Source: Hypanus sabinus (lineage: Eukaryota). Taken from it: a stretch of DNA of 64,000 nucleotides. The notes below the pieces were generated by a model that saw only the letters and a program-made list of their open reading frames with translations, did not search any database and was not told the DNA's origin. A program made the translations under genes and the position numbers. Below are positions 50,903 to 61,504 of this stretch, in pieces (within the stretch, counting starts at the first letter, position 1; every line of letters begins with the position of its first letter). The stretch spans positions 13,330,001 through 13,394,000 of the forward strand of contig NC_082707.1 of NCBI RefSeq assembly GCF_030144855.1. The letters are read 5' to 3'.

Positions 50903-53900
50903 CTAATAAAAACAAATTCCGTCATTACATGGTTGAGAAAGATGTGTTAAGAAAATTAGTGCAATTGCCATACTTCAACATATATTTCCGCTCACCAGAA
51001 GTGTTACTAATTTCTCCATCCGCACAGGAAGCGCAGTCGAAACAACAGATAGGTTGTCCTTTCCTGGCCGCTTTTCTTGTTCCAGGGGAACAACTTTCAG
51101 AACACACTGCCCGGGGAATCTTAAAGAAAGGAACACAGGCAATATTTTATTTCCTATTTCGAATGGAGCTCGTTGCCCTGCTACTGAGTGGAGCTCTTTT
51201 GTGACCCAGACTGGGGTAGCAATATGAATGTGTACTTTTTCATTAAAATTCTGTGTAAAGAAGCTCGTAATTGTGTAACAGTCTTATGCTGCAAATGATC
51301 AACCTGCTTTCTAATTCATTGGAAACTCCGTAGAAAATTCACAAGCTTTTCCGTGTTCGTGTATATTATTTTCAGAAAATATTTTAACTTTTCACAGCTA
51401 CTTTACTATTATTAGAAGAAGGATGTCAAATGTTAGCCAGTGCAAGATAGAACTGAGAGCTGAGAAAGAGAGAGGATCCAATTATGGCCGATCTGATGGA
51501 CAGCAATTTGTGTGTCTGAGTCGGTGTCGCCAATCTGTACCATTCAGGGGTTTCACATCCTCCCCGAGTCCGAATGATCCACTGATCCGTGGCATCACAA
51601 AGCTGGAAAGCACCACTGTTGCCCACAACCAGATGTTCAGGTACCAATAACTGCAAAGGAAGACGGAAGGTGTGGCGAGAGAGCCAATTGGGGAAAAAGA
51701 ATTCTTCGCTTTCTTTTCAGTATCAAACTAGATCTGTAACCTGAGTAACTATTTCTTGCAAGCTTGTGCAATTTAAGTTTGAAGTAAGTAAATATAGTTG
51801 AAAGTTTTACCAAATACATTTAACGTCATTATATTTGACGCTGCGCTGGAATTTAATCCACATGATCAACGTGGCGACTAGGTTCAAATAGACTCCCAGC
51901 CCCTTTATTGTTTTGATAGCATTATTTTCATTCGTTATACTATCCATTATAGCATGGATAATTAAGATTTAACAGTTAACTAAATTGGCCACTTTTAAAA
52001 AGTAACCATACCTCACGTTTACCACCGCTCCAGACAATGTGACGTGGGTTCAGCTCAAGTTCTTCACCCGGAGGCGCTGATCCATTGTAATATCCAACTT
52101 TCCGAACTTCCAGGCTACCGTCCGAATTCATTTGCCAGTTTACAATGTCATAAGCGGCTGTTGGATTTCCTTCTTCATCAAAATGCACCTTCTCCCCAAC
52201 TTGCGTCGTGAAGGAAATTGATTTCATGTAATAGAGGAGCTAAAATAAATTCCAAGAGAATTTCTAACGGTTATTATCGAGAAGAAACGAAATTGTCTTT
52301 AAAAAATTATCGCCAAATAACGATATCTGTGGCATGAATTAGCAAGTTTGTTTCTACTGAGAATGACCGAGTGATGCAACACAGACAAACTGTCTAAGAT
52401 CCAAAATGCCATGCTAATCATAACACTCACCCTGCTGGTCCGAGCTCCCTGCGTTCGTCCCATATTTATAGCAGGACTCTCCATCCATGTAAATCTGAAA
52501 AAGCTGCTTAGATCTTGCCATTTCATCCGCCTCGAACACTTCCTCAGTCAACTTATCCCAGTTGCTCACTACCCTCTATGCAAACTATTGGTCAGTCACT
52601 TGTCATTCATTTTCTCCCCATTTTAACCTCAGGCAAGATATCACAGGACAAAGGACNNNNNNNNNNNNNNNNNNNNNNNNNNNNNNNNNNNNNNNNNNNN
52701 NNNNNNNNNNNNNNNNNNNNNNNNNNNNNNNNNNNNNNNNNNNNNNNNNNNNNNNNNNNNNNNNNNNNNNNNNNNNNNNNNNNNNNNNNNNNNNNNNNNN
52801 NNNNNNNNNNNNNNNNNNNNNNNNNNNNNCTTTAAAAAAAAACTTTACTTTAGAGGGCAGAGCAAACCAGAAAGAAGACAATTTCTGCGACGTCACCAAT
52901 AAGTTAGATAACTACATAATAGTTGACCGGCTCCTAAATACCATTCATAACTAATCAATGCCAACATGCCTAAAGGCCGCTTCACCGTCCTGTTGACAAG
53001 CGCAGCCACTATATGCGAAAGTGCATGCTAATATCTCTCTATTCTGCAAAACTCGCAATTGCCTTGCCATTCACTTTTTAAGTAATATCCTGTTTAGAAT
53101 GTCCAAAATGCATCACCTATATTGTACGATGCCTTAATAAGTGTTTCTCTTTAAGCATTTCAAAACTGAACATTGTTCCTTCTTTCATGATATTGCAAAG
53201 AACAACTGTTCCTTTAGCTGTCCAGACCTTAAATCTAGCATCCAGGTTATTCGGCGTAAAATCACAGTCATATGCACACTATTTAAGAATTACCATATTT
53301 CTCTCTAGTTTATATTCGTTTATAGTAGTTTTCCATATTTTAAGAGTCCATTTCATCCATAAGTTATCAGTAGTATTTATTTACCTTTCTATGTTGTTAT
53401 CAGCCAAAATTGCCTGTATGGAGATGAAAGGTATCTTCCCTTCAATGTATCAGTATTCGGCTCTTACCGGTATTTGCAGATGCGACATTATGTTAATAGG
53501 AGGGGTGAAAAATGTAACCGAGGCAAGTACATGTTAGATAGAACTATTTAGAAAAGCATATAATTCGGATAATGGTAGTAGAATCATTTCAAGCGTGTTT
53601 AAGGGTCTGTCAAATCTTAAAACACACTCGACTTCATACATTAAAACAAAATGGGAGAAGGAAGTAGGGATAACTATATCTGAGGAAGAATGGACAATAA
53701 TATGGAGGCATCAATTGAATTGTACCAATTCACAGAAATGGAGGGAGTTTGGGTGGAATGACCTGATAAGATAATTTATTACACCCTCACAGAAATCTCA
53801 TTATGATAGTAACCTCCCTGTTTGCTGGAGAAATTGTGGAAATCAAAGTGCAAACTATTACCATATTTTCTGAAATATCCCTGTTACCAAAGGCTATTGG

Positions 53901-56900
53901 AGTGGGATACTCAATGCCCTACAAGACATTTATAAATGTGAATACCCTTAGAAAGTAAGACCATATATTTTGGGTATATACCTCAAGAATGGTTGAAAAG
54001 AGATAAATATTTAATGAATATACTGCTGGTGGCTTGCAAAAGTACCCTTACCAGGAAATGATTATCACAGCAGAGCCCATCATTAAACACAAGGACGGAA
54101 ATTTCAAAGGACATTTACAAAATGGAGAAGATAACAGCATCCGTCAATGATAAATTGAAATAATTTGATTCATACTGGGAAAAATGCTTTAACTACATAA
54201 CACTGCATAGACTGATTTTATTCTCACAGATCAATGATTATATTCTTTAAAAGAAAAACAGATCACTACCTACTTGTATATAGTTTTCCTTTACTTTGTT
54301 CTTTCTTTTTCTTTCTTTTCTTTTCTATAAATGTATACCTCAAATAAATACTGTATGGAAATTTATGGCAAACATTAATATATGATTAGACATACAGTAT
54401 CTGAAATATACTTTATGGAAATGTTTGTATGGTGCTGAATTTCAATTAAAGAAAACCAAATTGCAAAATAATGCAAGATGTCTTAAAATGGATGAAGTGT
54501 AATGGAATCGGTTCCATACCTGCCATGTTTGAAAGGTTGAAAATCGTGCACATGTGTTGTTCACAAATGGCCCTTTTCCTCTTTCACATGAAAACATGTC
54601 ATGAAGCGCATGAGCAAAAGCGTACACCGCTTTATATACATTATAAGAGTTCCCGTCCAAGGTCATGTCGGTATACGCGTTGTTGATTTGATGCAAACTC
54701 TCACTTCCGCTACACAACGTGAGAGCGCCAAATGAACTGACTGCGTCCGTCAGGTTTTGCAAACTTAGAGTACACTTGAAGGTGGTTTCCCAGAACTCCC
54801 TTACCAATGAGTTACCGGGAAATCTAGAAGGATGGACTGTGAGCAGGAAGTCTCTCATCCCTGAAACTTTTACTGCAGGCAGTGCAGTCCCGATTGCTGC
54901 GGCAGAGAAGTGCCGCCCTCTATCTACATTTACGAAGTCCGCTGTTATCCAACCCTCACTACCCACCCACTGCACGCCACTGAGGTTTTGTCGTAGAACC
55001 TCCTCAAATAAAATGCGCATTTCCCCAAGTGAAGCAAAGGCTACCACAACCTTTGTGGTCGCTTTTTTGATCACTTGCACTATCCTGGTGATCTTCTCTG
55101 CCGGGTCCGTTCTGTGAAATGATTCGGAAAAGGCAATGCAAACCCCAAACTCATGAGTAGCTTCTACAAATGCTCTCATCCCCGAATTGCCATAGTCATC
55201 GTCGCTGTTAATTGTTCCAATCCAAGTCCATCCAAACCTCTGAATCACATGTGCCAGCGCCTTGGACTGATGCTCGTCACTTGGAATAGTTCGATGAAAA
55301 GTCGGATATTCGTTCCTGTCGCTGAGACAGACACACGTTGAAAGGTAACTGACCTGCATTAAATTAGACAGTTAGACTTTAAATTAATGTGTGGGTTTTG
55401 ACAGTTAAAATATTTCACTTTGCTTTCAGTGGTTACTATTTCATGTACACCTGCTCTCTAATGCAAACATCTAATTAGCCAATAATGCGGCAAGAACCTT
55501 GTGTACAAAAACATACAGACATAGAATTATGGTAAAGTATAGTACATACACATGCCCTTCGTCCTACCTAGTCCATTCCGAAAGCACTTAAACTGCCTAG
55601 TACTGTCGGACTGCACCGTGACAGTAACCCTACCTTCCCCTCCCATCCATGCACTTACCCAAACTTCGCTTAAACGTTCAAATTCCGCTCGAAGTCACCG
55701 CTTGTGTTGGCAGTTCATCCACACTCTGACGATACTCTTGAGTAAAGAAGTTTCCCCTGCTGTTCCCTTTAAACCTTTCAACTTCCACCATTAACACGTG
55801 ACCTCTGATTGAGGTCGCAGCCAACCACAACTGCATATTCTACTCATATTTTTGAGTACCTCTATTCTCTACGTTCGAAGAAATAAGGTCACAACCAAGT
55901 AATTCTTTCCTTGAAGCATACCCGGATTCACCCAGGTAAATTTTCTCTGTACTCATCAAACCTTATGTGTACATCTCCACATCTCTGTGTATCTTTACTG
56001 CAGGTAAGTGAAGAAAAGTGCTCACAATACTCCAAATTAGGCCTCGGCAACATCTTATACAACTCCTACATACCATCGCGTATTCCCCACTCAATACTTT
56101 GATCTTTGAAGGCCAATACGCCAGAAGGTTTCTTTATCAACCTCTCTAACAATGACGCCGCTTTCAACGAATTCCCAAAACCCCTTGTTCTACACACTCT
56201 TCAGTACCGTAATGGTCACGATGATTAGAAATGCAACACGTTACACTTCTGCATTAAATTCCATCCGTCAGTCTTCAGCCCATATATCCACTTTATGCAG
56301 ATCCAACTGATGGCCTTCCTTGCTACTCACTACCTCCCAGATCTTGGTTTTATCCGCAAATTTGTTGATCGAGTTGTTTACATTTTTATTCAGATCATTG
56401 TTACAGATAACAGACAACAGCAGACCCCGCGCAGATCACTATGGCACTCCACTAGTCATAGGTCTCAATGTCTAATCCAATTTACTACGTCATCTTGAAC
56501 GTCGAGCAACTGAACATTCTTGATCTACATCCCATGAGCGACCTTGTGAAATGGTTGACAAATGTTCAGGTAACCAACATCCACAGATTTCTCTTCATAC
56601 ACTTTCCTGGTATCTTCCTCGAAAAACTCCATACGATTCATCAGACATGACCTACCACGCACGAAGCCATTCTGACTACATTTAATCAATCCAAGTCTAT
56701 CCAAGTACTTAAATTTCCGGTCCTCTATAATACTTTTAAACAACTTTTCCGTAACTGTTGTCAGACACAACGGCCTATAATTTCCTGGTTTATTTTTAGA
56801 GCCTTTCATAAACGGCGGAACAACATTAACTAGCCTCCTGTCCTCTGGTACCTCTTCTGTCGCTAAGCACGATTTAAATGTCTTTACTAGTACACTCTCC

Positions 56901-58339
56901 CCTCCCCCACAGGGTCCGAGGGAACGTCTGCTAGGCGCTGGGGATTAATCCACACGATTTTCCTTCAGGACAGAAACTCCCATCTTCTCTACACTCTGTT
57001 TACGATCCATAAAGTCGTTGCCACTTTGCAGCACCACTATCGACCCTGTGTTTGTCTCCCTGAGAAAATGCAAGGCAAAAGATATATTTAAAATTTCCCT
57101 GCTGATTGGCTGGGATTGCTCCGCATAACAGGCTCTGCACTTCACAAAGAATGGTCCGAAAAGCAAAATTCATCCAGTGAGCGGCAGTACCTTGGGCAAA
57201 ACGGCTTGATAATTGGACATGTCAGAGTAGAAAGGTCTGGTTAGCAGGCAGGAAGGGAAAAGTTAAGCAAATAACTACACGTTTCAACAGTTATGTATCA
57301 AAGTGCATCTCTGAAAGCACACGTTTAACAACAGCAGAAGACCACGAACATGCACTCAGTCATACTTTGCTATGTATAGTAGGTACACAAAGTGGCCACT
57401 GACGGTAATTCGAATAAAATAAGTGCAAACACCACAAGGTGGTTAGTAATAAAAGTTAAGATCGGTATCATTCAGTATACATTGGAGTTTACATCTCCTG
57501 ACTACAATTATTTTTAAACAATTCTCACCAGCGGTATTCTGAAAGGTCCGGCAGTCTTCGCAATGGCCATGGACACCGAAGACCCAGCTCCACCAACGAT
57601 CCCAGGGATATTCAGAGGCCCGTCGCACAGTTGGTTAACGTATGTTTCCTCCTGACCGTTCACCAGAGCCAATACAACCTTTGTTGAAATCTCGGGGGAG
57701 TTGCAGTCATCGTGAATCCTGTAGCCTAGTGTGATGTTCGGGAGGAGTTTCTCATCTCTGTTTATTTCTTCAATTGTAAATATCATTGTCTGCAACATGC
57801 GGAATCCCAGTAAATTAAAACTGAAAATCAACCAAAGATTAGCATTGGAGTTGAAGTTGGTTTGTTATATTTACCGCGATGTAGTCAGAGAAGATGCTTC
57901 TATTTTCCTTGAAATATTCATTTCAATGATATTGTTCGTAGTACAGTAATAGGATAGTAGCCACACAGTTCTCCTTCCTGCCAATATTCCACAGAGCAAA
58001 GAACTACTAGAGACACAACTATGTGTATTTAAATCGTAAACCATTTAATATGACAAAAACAAGTTCAGCAAAAAATCATCACACTTTCGAAATTGAAACA
58101 ATAAAGCATAACCACCAAAAATGAACTGACCTTTTACATCTGGTTTCTTCTGTTCGGTTGGTAAATGAATTTATCTGCTGGATACTGCGAAAGTGCACAC
58201 TGAACATCCCTCCTAGTACAACGTCCCCATCTTTAGATATGTTGGGGAGCTGGATTCTTTCTCGAAGCCTGCAATTTAGCGCATCTAAACCCAGTGTAAA
58301 AGATGAGCCTACAAGGACTCTGAACAGAAAATGAAACAT
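49890..58339 (-). CDS. V2R/OlfC class C GPCR gene C, six coding exons, 899 aa, apparently intact
   Basis: Exons 58339-58131, 57820-57529, 55353-54520, 52239-52012, 51119-50996, 50902-49890 (209+292+834+228+124+1013=2700 nt); GT-AG and in frame; N-gap in intron 3. Confidence 0.93.
50996..51119 (-). CDS. Gene C exon 5
   Basis: [16 protein letters not shown]...[10 protein letters not shown]|gtgag. Confidence 0.94.
52012..52239 (-). CDS. Gene C exon 4
   Basis: LLYYMKSI...YDIVNWQ...GGKRE|gtatgg. Confidence 0.94.
52657..52829. other. Assembly gap (173 N)
   Basis: Run of N. Confidence 1.
53430..54455 (+). mobile_element. L1-clade LINE 3' end (ORF2 C-terminal Cys-rich motif, 3' UTR) in intron 3 of gene C
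   Basis: [15 protein letters not shown]; [16 protein letters not shown]; A-rich end. Confidence 0.7.
54520..55353 (-). CDS. Gene C exon 3
   Basis: [10 protein letters not shown]...RTIPSD...DDYG...SEGW...TWQ|gtatgg. Confidence 0.95.
55425..57405 (+). mobile_element. Tc1-like remnant in intron 2 of gene C, split by a - strand CR1 fragment (about 55520-57100)
   Basis: Left end cagtggttactatttcatgtacacctgctc; right end aaagtggccactga; CR1 [11 protein letters not shown]...GFVRGRSCL in between. Confidence 0.65.
57529..57820 (-). CDS. Gene C exon 2
   Basis: [21 protein letters not shown]...IPL|gtgag. Confidence 0.94.
58131..58339 (-). CDS. Gene C coding exon 1
   Basis: [11 protein letters not shown]...[11 protein letters not shown]...RCK|gtcag. 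Confidence 0.88.
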
Positions 58340-59175
58340 TGCAGTAATGCAGTAGCTACTACTGACTGAATACTGCAGCTTATATTCCTATATATTTGTC
58401 ATACGATGACTATGAGTTTAATACACAAGAGCATACCCACAACAGGGAACTATACCTGCAAGAAATTAATCAACGTCTCAAAGGAGTATAACTAATTTTA
58501 CGAAATTGCGATATATCCAATGTGCTAATTAAAACGATATAATCTAAACTGGAAGATAAATGCAGAGCGGCAAATTAAATACACCCAACAATTGAGCGCA
58601 TCAAAAAATGACTTTGTCTAATAACGATAATTCTTTATTAACGCTGTGGACTTAAACAAATCAAAGATTAACCAGGCAGCTACAAGGAATCACTTTGGTA
58701 TTTACTTTCACAAATAAGACTATAAGACCATAAGACATAGAAGTACAATTGGCCATTCAGTACATCAAGCCAGTTTCGCCATCACATCATGATTGAGACC
58801 AGATCACACTCAACCCCATACACCTGAATTCTCGCCATATCCTTCGATGCACTAACAAATCAGAAAACGATAATCTTCGGCCTAACATATTCGCACGGAC
58901 ATGGCCTCCACCTCAGTCTATAGCAAAGCATTCCAGAGGTCTACTTCTCTTTAGCTATTAAAAATATAATTACTTACCTCTTTCCTAAAGGGTCAGCTCT
59001 CATGTTTAAGACCGTGCCCCTTAAGTCTAGAAACCCCCACCATAGAAAACCCCCTCTACATATCCACATTATCTAGATATCCAACATTCGACAGGTCTTA
59101 ATTAGATCTCCCCACCTTCTATTAATTTCCAGTGAGTGCAGGGCCAAAACTGCCAGGCGGCCCTCATATGTTAAC

Positions 59176-59345
59176 ACAAAATACTCTGCGGATGCCGGGG
59201 TCAAAGCAACACGTACAACACGCTGGAGGAAACGAACAGTCAGCGTTTCGGACCGACATCCTGACGAAGTGTCTCGGCCCGAAACATAGACTTCGTTTCC
59301 AAAGATGCTGCACAACCTGCTGAGCTCCTCCAGCATGTTGTACGT
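59176..59345. mobile_element. 170-bp palindromic non-autonomous retro-insert (Penelope-like) with 17-bp TSD and degenerate hammerhead core
   Basis: TSD GGCCCTCATATGTTAAC/GGTCCTCATATGCTAAC; inverted arms 59211-59230 and 59326-59345; CTGACGA-stem-GAAAC. Confidence 0.65.
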
Positions 59346-60215
59346 GGTCCTCATATGCTAACCCCTCCATTCCAGGAATCATGCTCGTGAACCTCCTCTG
59401 AACTATCTCCAATCATAACACACCCTTTCTGAGGTATGGGGCAAAAGCTATTGATAATGCTGCAAGTGCGGCCTGCCTAGTGTCTTAGAAAGCCTCAGCA
59501 AGATCTTTTTGCTCTTACGTTATATTCCGCTTGAAATAAACGACAACAATGCTTTTGCCCTCTTTACCACAAACACAACCTGTAAATTAACCTTCCGAGA
59601 ATTTTGCACGGGGACTCCCAAGTCCCTCTGAAACGTCTCCCCATTTATATAAAAATCTGCATAATTGGTTTAAGTTGTTTTTTGCTTTTTTACTTACCGC
59701 TGTCGTTTGTGAACTTCTTTCTCTATGGGACATAGCTATCCTGCGCTTTATCAACTATTCGCAGAAACTTCAGCCATCTCAGCATTGCCTTCATCCCCGC
59801 CAAAGCTCTCCTCCAGTCCACCTTGGTAGGCTCCTCTCTCATGACTCTGCAATTTCCTTTATTCTATTACAATACTGATACATGTTACTTAAGGTTCTCC
59901 CTCTCGAATTGCAGTATCGATTCAATCATCTTATTATCACTGCCTCCAAAAAGGATTCCTTTACGTTAAGTTCCCTCATAAGCTATGGCATATTGTAAAA
60001 CACCCAATCTAAGATCGACCTTCCCCGAGTAGACTCAAGCACAAGCTGATCTAAAAAGTAGGCATACAACAAATTCCCTCTCTTGCGATCCAACACTATC
60101 CTCATTTTCCCAAACCCCTTCCAAATTAATGCCCGCCATTACAATTGTGTCACCACCGTTTCCAATTCCCTTTACAATCTCAATCCCATATTTTTGGCTA
60201 TATTTGGAGGCCAAT

Positions 60216-60252
60216 ATACTATACTATACTATACTATACTATACTATACTGT
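60216..60252 (+). repeat. (TACTA)n microsatellite
   Basis: tatactatactatactatactatactatactatact. Confidence 0.9.
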
Positions 60253-60583
60253 ATTTTTACCCTTTCAGTTTCTTAACTCCATCCATAAAGATTCAATATT
60301 CTCTGACACTATGTCACCTCTTTATAAATATGTAATTATAACCTTTACCAACAGAGCCACACTACTGCCTCTGCCTTTCTGCTTGACCTTCCGATACAAT
60401 GTATGACCTTTGACGGTGTGCTCCTAGCTCCTGGCTCCTAATCAGACGAGGGGATTAAGGCCCCATTCATGAAGTAATAGCAAGATGGGGGATTGCCAGA
60501 CCGGACCATGACAGTTAAGACTATTAGAGAGGGTTTAAATTAGAATTGCTTGGGGGTTGTAACCGAACTGAAGTGACGGAGGA

Positions 60584-61378
60584 ATTTTCTGCAAAGAACT
60601 GTGCAATGCTACTGTGGAAAACTAGGCAGTCACTATTCGTAATTCTGTGGCAATGCCCTGGTGAATCGATCGAGGAGCTGTTTCCCAAGTCAATTGCCGT
60701 TCAGCCCAAGTCTGTAAGCAAAGGTTTCAGCTTTTTTCCATGTTCCAATTAACTGTACTATGGCAAAAAAAAACTGCTGGTGGCCATCGTACTTTTGATT
60801 TTTCAAGACCAACATAAAATGGAAGCCAAAACGGTCCTGCATCATAACCCAACCTACTATACTTGGAAGGTTTATGTCTGTGGCCAGGAAAACTATGTCC
60901 TCACCCTGCAAGTTTGTAATTGACTTGTGTTGATGCATCAGGAGTGGCATTACAGCATTCAATGAAATCTGCCGTTTACAGGAGTCACCAGGGCAAGGAC
61001 ACGGGTATGGTCTGAACTCAGAGAGTTCATAATGGTCTGCTTTTTCTGTATGTGGTAGCGTTATTTCACAACCTGAAGAGGCATACGTACAGGGAAACAT
61101 TATAGAGTTAGCCACATTTTCCATGGTCAAGTTACGAATGGAACCCAAAGGGCCCCTGCAGATGAGACAGCATGTGAACTTAGGACGACATTTGCTGCAG
61201 ACAAGGTGGCCACTCTGGCACAGAAGAACTGATGGCAGCCGATAGTCAAAGCAAGCTGGACACTCAAAAAGACTTGCTAAATCACTGTTGGAAACTGTGG
61301 TTCATGTCAATGCAGGTGTAGGGATACACTTTGATGTACCTGTAGGGAGTGCAGTGGCAGTCTGACGACTTCTTTCTG
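60584..61378 (-). pseudogene. SIAH1: SIAH1 E3 ubiquitin ligase pseudogene
   Basis: SRQTATALPTGTSKC...LASLFECPACFDY...CQSGHLVCS..RGPLGSIRNL..FPC.YASSGCEITLPHTEKADH...LQGEDIVFLATDINLP...FAEN. Start codon replaced by AGA, TGA at 61302-61304, frameshifting deletions near 60690 and 60640, last about 12 codons missing. Confidence 0.93.
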
Positions 61379-61504
61379 CACCGCAAGGCAAAAAGAAAAT
61401 GCACCTTATTTTTAAGAATGCCCTGTCAATCGCCCTAACCACACCGAGCAGGTACGCACCTTAATCGGCTCTCGCTCGGTTCGGCGCCTTTTGTCCAGAG
61501 AGAA

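Larger units (their letters stand above)
58715..60580. mobile_element. CR1-type fragments upstream of gene C
   Basis: VQRRFTSMIPGMEGL; RWGDLIK; ataagaccataagac tail; endonuclease and esterase-end remnants. Confidence 0.7.

Noticed and set aside
52515-52954. ORFs spanning the N-run
   Set aside because: Artefacts of the assembly gap; the gap also leaves a small chance that the two halves of gene C come from different paralogs
34433-58339. Calling genes B/C true CASR orthologs
   Set aside because: Tandem multicopy arrangement, short C-tails and V2R-type motifs ([18 protein letters not shown]) fit V2R/OlfC rather than single-copy CASR
60690-61148. Functional RING-less SIAH1 protein from the 152-aa ORF
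   Set aside because: Non-ATG start in the ORF track, substitutions at conserved Cys/His/Trp residues, and frameshifts removing the C-terminus
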